A DNA stretch of 64,000 nt, taken from NCBI RefSeq assembly GCF_009914755.1, contig NC_060934.1; one strand, given 5' to 3'. A model generated the notes under the pieces. The model saw nothing but the letters and a program-made list of their open reading frames with translations. It had not been told where the DNA came from and ran no database searches. The position numbers and the translations under genes are program-made. This document shows positions 51,465 to 64,000 of this stretch, piece after piece (positions within the stretch are counted from its first letter, which is position 1; every line of letters starts with the position of its first letter). This stretch comes from the human T2T-CHM13v2.0 reference genome, Homo sapiens.

Positions 51465-51502
51465 CTTAGTCATCCCCTGGAAACTTAGTCATCCCCTGGA
51501 AA
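51465..51502. repeat. Perfect 19-bp tandem duplication
   Basis: cttagtcatcccctggaaa x2. Confidence 0.95.
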
Positions 51503-53900
51503 CACAGTAAACAAGATCTTCATAATCTCTGCTCTAGAGTATGTAGTAACCAAATATGGGGGAGGGAGGGGAGAGTAGAAAATTATTGCTAGATTTTATT
51601 ACTGAATGCTCTTTTGCCACCATCTACTATTTCTCTCCTTAATATCTGTATACTTAAATACATAATAAATCTGACCACTTGTCATTCTGCTTTTACCATT
51701 GGGTTAGGATCTGTGAAGTGGAACAGAACCTAGTGCAGTCTATAAGCCTGGTATTTTCAGGAACAAGTTTTCCAAAAGGTACTTTTTAAAATTTAGTACA
51801 AAGAACAAAGTAAGAAGGTAACATAAATATTATCAGTCTAATAAACTACTTACCAAGTTATCCAACTGAGTGATTGGTCACCAGAAAGAGCATTATCTTC
51901 TTTTGCCTGAAATAATGAAACAATTAAAATGGGAATTAATTAAAGTCCAATGAATGGTTAATAAAAACAACCTGCATTCACTTACTTTTAGATTATTCAT
52001 CTGTGTTCTCAACGGCTATATAAAATATCAGTGTTTCTTTAACATTTATAGGAACCTTCCACACATACTGGGAAAAGTAGCAGCTTGAGTGAAGGACATA
52101 CTGCCTTTTAATTACATGGTAATTTAATAAAGCTTCCAGGTATACACATGGTAAATACATTGTAATTATATATTCCTACTGATAGAAAGTGCTGCCCTGT
52201 AATTTCATTTCGTACTGTATGTTGGCTGGACAGCATGGAACATATTGAACGACCTGTCAAAGTAAATGTTCATTTATATGCAGCCAGTTAGGGACATCTA
52301 TAATACAATATCCAAAGCACAAATGTTTAAGTTTTCCCTACATCCACTTTGGTGGATAAAAGGAGAGAGCTTTCTCTTTGTTTGATCATGGATAGTGGGA
52401 GGAAAAGGGCACTGCTATGTTTTGGAAAATGATCAGGACTCTAGAATTACCTCCCAGGCATTCGTGATATTTCCATTTATAATAACAATGATGCTTTTCA
52501 CTTATAGATTTCTTTTCACCTGGAAATCTCAAAACACTTCACAGATACTTTCTCATTCTTGCAGCTTCACTATCAGGTATAGGGAAACAGGCAGAACATG
52601 CCATCTGGACTGTCTTTATAAGACAAGTCACCTGGGGTAGGACACAATAGGCCAGACCCTGATGGAGACAGTGTCTTTTCAACGCTGTTGAATTAACCAG
52701 GTGATGTAGACATTTTTTAATGGTTATTTTTGGATCAACACACTGAAAACAGAATAGTAAAGCATCCATCCAAAGTTATGTGAAATTTTATTTGTATAGA
52801 GTCACAGTGTTCTTAGGTATAGCCAGGGAGTATTTAAAACTCTTGAGAAACATTTAAGTATTTTTGGAAAACTGCTTGTTTTTGGGAATAAAATATACTA
52901 AAAAAAATATATAACCTGATGACAAAGACAACAGCTCACTATTAAAGTCCCTCTCTAAGTAGCTCGGAACAAAAAAGGGAAGTCAAATACTTTTATTGAT
53001 AGAAAATAAATGAGACTTAGAAATAAGACTTAAGATAGTGGTAATAATTTTAAACACTTGGTGTACTTTCCAACATGAATTATATTAATTTTATAACACC
53101 AAGATGTCCTATTCCTATTAGATGGAATAATTACACACTCAGCATTTCAAAGTAATAGATGTGGAAATATTATTACATCCATTTTAAAGAAATTATAGTC
53201 CCCAGTTTGCTCCTGGGACCTCATGCAAAAGAAGTCACATTGGAGAACAGGAAATGCATCCCCTATTGCTTTACTGCAGAGATTGCCTCCTCTGAGTGCA
53301 AATGAAGCAATACAGACTAATGCCCATTATGAAAACTGTGTGAAAGGCGATCAAGAGCTAGAATGTAAAGAGCCATGAAAGTAATATCAAAGACACCAGG
53401 GTCATTTAAAGGGCACACCATTAATTAATTAATTTAAAAATGTGGTTTCTACTGTCATGGTTCATTGGTGATTGGCCCAAATATATTGTATCAAGTAAAG
53501 TGCTGGTTGGCTTTCTTATTTTACACCACATTACTGATAGACTTCCTACTGTTTCCACTAAGAATATGCAATTTGTAGGCACTAAGTTAATCAATGAGAT
53601 AGCATGGTAAACTTATTAAGACTGTCTTCATTGGTAGCCCTAAATATTTCATCCTTATCTACTTATTTGTTCCATTATATCTTCACTTTTAATTATCTCA
53701 TTTCTAATTCAAATCTTCTTCTCTCAGATTAACACTTTTATTTATGTATGCAGGTTAACCCTTGACAATCTTTTTTTTAAAGCTTCTTAATCCTTTAGTA
53801 TTTAAAATACATACAAGATCACAGAAAATGGGAAAATGCAGAATCTTTTAATGTGCACAAATAGATTTTTGTTTGGTCTTAGACACCTTCTGCTAAGCAC

Positions 53901-53984
53901 ACATCTAACTGAAATAATTGGACTTTCTAATTATATGAATATACATCTAACTGAAATAATTGGACTTTCTAATTATATGAATAT
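53901..53984. repeat. Perfect 42-bp tandem duplication
   Basis: acatctaactgaaataattggactttctaattatatgaatat x2. Confidence 0.97.
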
Positions 53985-55695
53985 TTGTGAGTCATTTTAA
54001 ACTTGAGATAAAAGCAATTGGATAAAATTTGGAGTAATATGCACCAGACTTCTAGTATTAAATATTGGGTAAATGAGTAATGTGTACCCATCTAGTTTGC
54101 ATTTTTATTCACCATCTTTGGATACCAATGCATCAATTTGGATAAATTCTGCCTAAAGATTATAAAGATGTGGCAATGCACAGAGATACACTGATGATTT
54201 CCCAATGACTTAGAATCTACTGGGGCTTTGAATGAGCTCTAAATATGAGAGAACAGTACATTTCTTATGCTCCAATTCCTTTCCCAGGCTATGAAACTGT
54301 TAGTAAAGAGGCCAGTTAGAATAAATGCCAGTAGCCATTATTGATTTTAGAACATGATATAGATGAGATACCAACATTGGTTCTCTCTGTCCAAAGACAG
54401 GAATAGGAAAATCTAGGGAACTGAGCAAAACCATATTGGAACATTAAGAAAATAATGGGGGGGAGGGGCCAAGATGGCTGACTAGAAACAGCTGTGGTGG
54501 AGGCTCCCACAGAGAAGAATCAAAATGGCAAGTGAATCCCGCACCGGCAACTGAGGTATCAGGTTCTTTCATTAGGACTGACTAGGCAGTTGGCATGACC
54601 CGTGGAGAGCAAAGAAATAGCAGGGTGGTGCAACAACCTACCTGAGATCCACAGAGGGAAAGGGGAGCTCCTACTGGCAGCCAAGGGAGGCAGTGAGAGG
54701 TTGTGCTACCCTGTCAGGGCAGCTTGGCTTTTCCATAGATCTGTACAACCTGTGGATTAGGAGATCTCCCTTGTGAGTCCACACCACCAAGGCCTTGGGT
54801 CCCAAGCACAAAGCTGTGCCGATTCCCGGTAGCTGCTCTGCTGGATGCTCCCTAAGACTACCAAGTCCCCAGGGGGAGGGGTGTCTGCCATCACTATGCT
54901 GCCTGCTGCCTAAGATGACTGAGTTCCTGGGGAGAGGGGCAGCAGCCATCACTGCAGCTCCAGTCTGCCATGTTTTTCCTGCTGGTGCCAGGGGGACTGG
55001 ACGGTTTGGACCCAGGAGGAATTCCCCACGAGCGCAGCACAGCAGCTGTGGGAGATCATGGCCACACTGCCTCCTTAGGCTGGACCCTGACCCATTCCTC
55101 CTCACCGGACAGGGCCTCCCTGCAGGGATTTCAGAACTCCAGCCAGGGGTTTAGGGACAAAACTCTGATCTCCATGGGACTGAGCCCCTTTAGGGAAGCG
55201 TGGCCATGGTCTCTACAGATCAGCAGACTTCGTCTTTCCCCCTGCTGGATCTGAGGAATCTGGGCAGCCCAAATGAGTGGAATTCCCCCCAGAACAGCAC
55301 AACCCGTCCACCAAGGGGGAGCCAGAGTGCTTCATTAAGCGAGTCCTGAATCTCGTGCCCCTTAACTGGGTGAGAACCCCCAATGTACCTTACACAGTAG
55401 TGTTTCCACTGGCATCAGGTCAGTGCTCTGTGTGGACAGAGATCCCAGAGGAAGGAGCAGGCAGCCATCTGTGCTGTTCTGCAGCCTCCATGCGTGACAC
55501 CTTCAAGTGCGGGAAGGACCAGGCAAATAGGGCCTGGAATGGAACCCCAGCCAACAGCAGCAGCCTTACAGAAGAGGGGCCTGACTGTTAAAAGAAAAAC
55601 AAACAAACAGCAACAACAACAGCATCAACACAAAAGCCCCCACAAAAACCCCATTCAAAGGTCAGCAGCCTCAAAGATTGAAGCTAGGCAACCTC

Positions 55696-56720
55696 ATGAA
55701 GATAAGAAAGAATCAACAAAAAAATGCTGAGAACCCAAAAAACCAGAGTGTTTCTTCTCCTCCAAATGACTGAAATACCTCTCCAGCAAGGGCACAGAAA
55801 AAGACAGAGGCTGAAATGAGCAAATTGACAGAAATGGGCTTCAGAAGATGGGTAATAACAAACTTTGCTGAGCTAAAGTTGCATGTTCTAACCCAATGTG
55901 AAGAAGCTAAGAACCATGATAAAACATTACAGGAGCTGTTACCATAATAGCCAGTTTAGAGAGGAAGCGATGTCCTGATGGAGCTGAAAAACACAACACA
56001 AGAACATCACAATGCAAACGCATGTATCAATAACTAAATAGACCAAGCAGAGGGAAGAATTTCAGAGCTTGAAGACTATCTCGCTGAAATAAGACAGGCA
56101 GACAAGATGATTAGAGAAAAAATAATGAAAAGGAATAAACTAAATCTCCAAGAACTATGGGATTATGTAAGAAGACCAAACCTATGACTGATTGGGGTAC
56201 CTGAAAGAGACAGGGAGAATGGAATCAAGTTGGAAAACATACCAGGATATCATCCAGGAGAACTTCCCCAACCTAACAAAACAGGCCAACATTCAAATTC
56301 AGGAAACACAGAGAACCCCAGTAAAATACTCCATGAGAAGATCAACCCCAAGACACATAATCATCAGATTCTCCAAGGTCGAGATTAAGGAAAATAATGT
56401 TAAGGGGAGCAAGAGAGAAAGACCAGGGCACCTACAAAGGGAAGCCCATCAGACTAACAATGGACTTCTCAGCAGAAACCCTTTAAGCCAGAAGAGATTG
56501 GGGGCCAATATTCAACATTCTTAAAGAAAATAATTTCCAACCCAGAATTGCATGCCCAGCCAAACTAAGCTTCACAAATGAGGAAGAAATAAAATCCTTT
56601 TCAGACAAGCAAATGCCGAGGGAATCGTCACCACCAGGCCTGCCTTGCAAGAGCTCCTGAAAGAAGCACTAAATATGGAAGGGAAAAACCATTATCAGCC
56701 ACTGCAAAACACACTGAAGT
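55696..56720 (+). pseudogene. L1 ORF1p remnant (disrupted)
   Basis: ORF 56192..56524 includes 'DIIQENFPNLTKQANIQIQETQRTP...RRSTPRHIIIRFSKV'. Confidence 0.9.
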
Positions 56721-56787
56721 ACAAAGACCAATAACACTATGAAGCAACAACATCAACAAGTCTGCAAAATAATCAGCAAGCATCTTG

Positions 56788-60625
<3,838 letters not shown>

Positions 60626-61048
60626 ACAATGAGAACACATGGACACGGGGAGGGGAACAATACACACTGGGGCCTGTCGGTGGGGCAGGGAGAGGCAGAA
60701 CATCAGGATAAATAGCTAATGCAGCTGGGCTTAATACCTAGGTGATGGGTTGATAGGTGCAGCAAACCACCATGGCACAGATTTACCTATGTAACAAACT
60801 TGCATGTCTTGCACATGTATCCTGGACCTTAAAATAAAATAAATAAAATTTAAAAAGAGAGAAGAATGTGGATACATAAAGGGTCTGAGAAATGAGGAGC
60901 CATGGAAAAATAACATGAAGTGTCAAAGAGATCAAATAGTGTTCCTCTACTTTTCAGATTTGTGTGAGGACTAGAGGGGGCATAATAATTAGTATGAGTC
61001 ACATGAAAAATATAAAAATGAAATATTCTAAAAATAAAATATGGGTGG

Positions 61049-61846
<798 letters not shown>

Positions 61847-62779
61847 TCATAATCCCACATTTCAGAGGGCTTCCTGATCAGCCCTGTTTAGCCTGGACTC
61901 ACCTAAGTGGGAATAAAGCAAGTCATCAGAGAACAACCCAACAAGCCACCAAAAACCTGCGGTTCCATCCAGGAATGACAATAGGTTCCACCAGCATTCT
62001 ATACAAGTATGGGATTCCCGGCCACCTGTGCTGTCGCTGCTTCTGTACTTTTTGTTGCTTATGTGTTTAAAGGTCCAGCCTAGTGTCTCCCACCTCACTG
62101 ATGGAGGCAGACCTGAGGCTTCCAACATGAGAGGCAAAGACTACCACATTGACACTCTGTAAATGACAGCAACTTTCTTTCGAGACTTCTTGATTGTCAG
62201 CTGCACAAAGGGCATTCATAGCGTGGTAAAATACAACATCATCTGACCTTCCAGAGAGGCACCATCATTACGGACAGTATTTTGTCACTGCCAGTCATGT
62301 CCAAATGGCCAGCATTGTCTGCACTGCCCAACACAGCGGCTGGATTGCTGGGAAGTCAATTGTGTGATATGTCAGGACAAGCAGTACTTATACATCTCTC
62401 AATTCATGCCAGAATATTGACATTTCTTTAAAGTTTAAAAATTTATAAAGCAATTCCAAGTGTGTTCTTCTTTACAGTCATAAAATCCCTAACAGATAGA
62501 TAGGGTGGGAACAATTGTTATGCTTCAAGATCCAAGTTTTTAATCATTACACAGAGTATGTGGAAACAGATCTGATCCTGCAGAATGGATTCTTCTACTC
62601 TCCAGTTAGGCTGCATGTATCACGAAAACGATAATTATCCTTTTTCTTTTAATTTTACCTCTATATCATCCCATCAAACAGCTGTCCAAATAATAATTCT
62701 GGCTGATATTCAGTCTTGCATAAATTATATTTCTGCTAGTTTTATCTTCATGCATTTTTTTTCAAAATAAGTCATTATT

Positions 62780-63086
62780 TACCTGGAAAGCCCTGTCATC
62801 CCAGTCCTAAATCGCATTTGCAAGCTCACCTTCTACGTTATTCCTAATACCTATTCCTAATACCCCCTCAGTTCCACTCAGAATCTTAATTTGCCTCCTT
62901 CAATACCATGTTGGTTGGAACTCATATCACCTACCCCTGTCTACCATCTACAAGTGCTATTTATGTAACCTTCTCCATCCTTCACGAGATCATGAACATC
63001 CAGAAGCCAGGGAATTTAATGTTTGAGTCCTAGAGTCTAGCCAATAGCTGATACTTAGTAGATGCTCAATAAATTTTCGATGAATC
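62780..63086 (+). mobile_element. L2 3' fragment
   Basis: 'acctggaaagccct...' through the L2 tail 'tagtagatgctcaataaattttcgatgaat'. Confidence 0.6.
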
Positions 63087-63179
63087 AAATTCACGCCACT
63101 TTGTCATTGTTTTGAAAAAGAATCATAAACCAAAGAATTATTTACTAGATCATGATCCCCTTGAGATCAAAAAACCACT

Positions 63180-63483
63180 TTTCTGTTCTTTTCTTTTTTG
63201 TTGTTTGTTTTTTGATACAGAATCTCCATCTGTAGCACAGGTTGGAGTGCAGTGGCATGATCTCGGCGCACTGCAACCTCCACCTCCACCTCCTGGGTTC
63301 AAGTGATTCTCCTGCCTCAGACTCCCAAGTAGCTGGGATTACAGGCACACACCACCACGCCCAGCCAATTTTTGCACTTTACTGTAGTAGAGATGGGGTT
63401 TTGCCATATCGGCCAGTCTGGTCTCAGACTCCTGATCTCAAATGATCTGCCCGCCTCAGGCTCCCAAACTGCTGGGACTACAG
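63180..63483 (-). mobile_element. AluS (Sx-like), slightly 5'-truncated
   Basis: 'ggagtgcagtggcatgatctcggc...ctgggttcaagtgattctcctgcctcag...ctcaaatgatctgcccgcctc'. Confidence 0.93.
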
Positions 63484-64000
63484 CCTATAGATAGGTCTCA
63501 TTAAATTTATTAATTATATAACTGCAGATGCACTGCAAACTTTTCATGATGTTTAAATTCCTATATAACCAGGTGAGTGTATCTGTGTATCAGCTCATTT
63601 TAAAAATAATATCGATGTTATATACTAAATAAAAGGGACAGGATTGAGGTGTTCTCACCCGGGAAGGACTGTGTCAGTGCAGAAAAATACCACCGTTTTT
63701 AAAAATGCCCTTTCTCATTGTCTGCCTGGCAGTGCACAGAAAGGACATCATTGATAAAAACTACCTTGATGGCTCAGCCTTCAAAATAAATTGCACTGCT
63801 CATTGCATCTATTGTTAGTCAACAATGCCTACCCCACACTTATTGGAAAACTTGTAATTATTTGAGCAGTAACAAGTTTAGGTAATACCAGGGGAGTCAT
63901 AAATAGTATTTAGAGGTTTCTATAAAAGCTTTTTAATTTGTTACTCCACAGCGCATTTACCTTGTATACTATATGTCACAGAAAATACACTTCTAAGATA

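Noticed and set aside
54671-55730. Cluster of 60-144-aa ORFs
   Set aside because: All lie in the GC-rich L1PA 5'UTR, where stop codons are rare; not host genes.

Overview
This is AT-rich, CpG-depleted primate (probably human or ape) non-coding DNA, either intergenic or deep intronic. The evidence is AluJ, AluS and AluY, L1PA, and a THE1/MST LTR. I find no credible host protein-coding exon, RNA gene, CpG island or CRISPR array. The ORF-track hits are chance ORFs or remnants of L1 and Alu. A large share of the window is transposon-derived. It holds 7 Alus plus a tiny Alu 3' remnant, a full-length decayed L1PA (54457-60856) and several truncated L1s. It also holds many MIR/L2 fossils, DNA transposons (MER5A, MER47A, Tigger3b, MER44A, MER1A) and solo LTRs. 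A decayed two-LTR ERVL provirus (about 40809-49438) carries four nested insertions. The signal these repeats do not explain is a near-perfect 47-bp-arm inverted repeat at 3910-4026 in otherwise unique sequence, resembling a pre-miRNA or cruciform. Other notable items are a palindromic micro-array at an L1/ERV junction, several young local tandem duplications and candidate enhancer motif clusters. Subfamily names come from recalled consensus sequences, not from a search, and boundaries of old elements are approximate. I cannot support a novel multi-gene system here.
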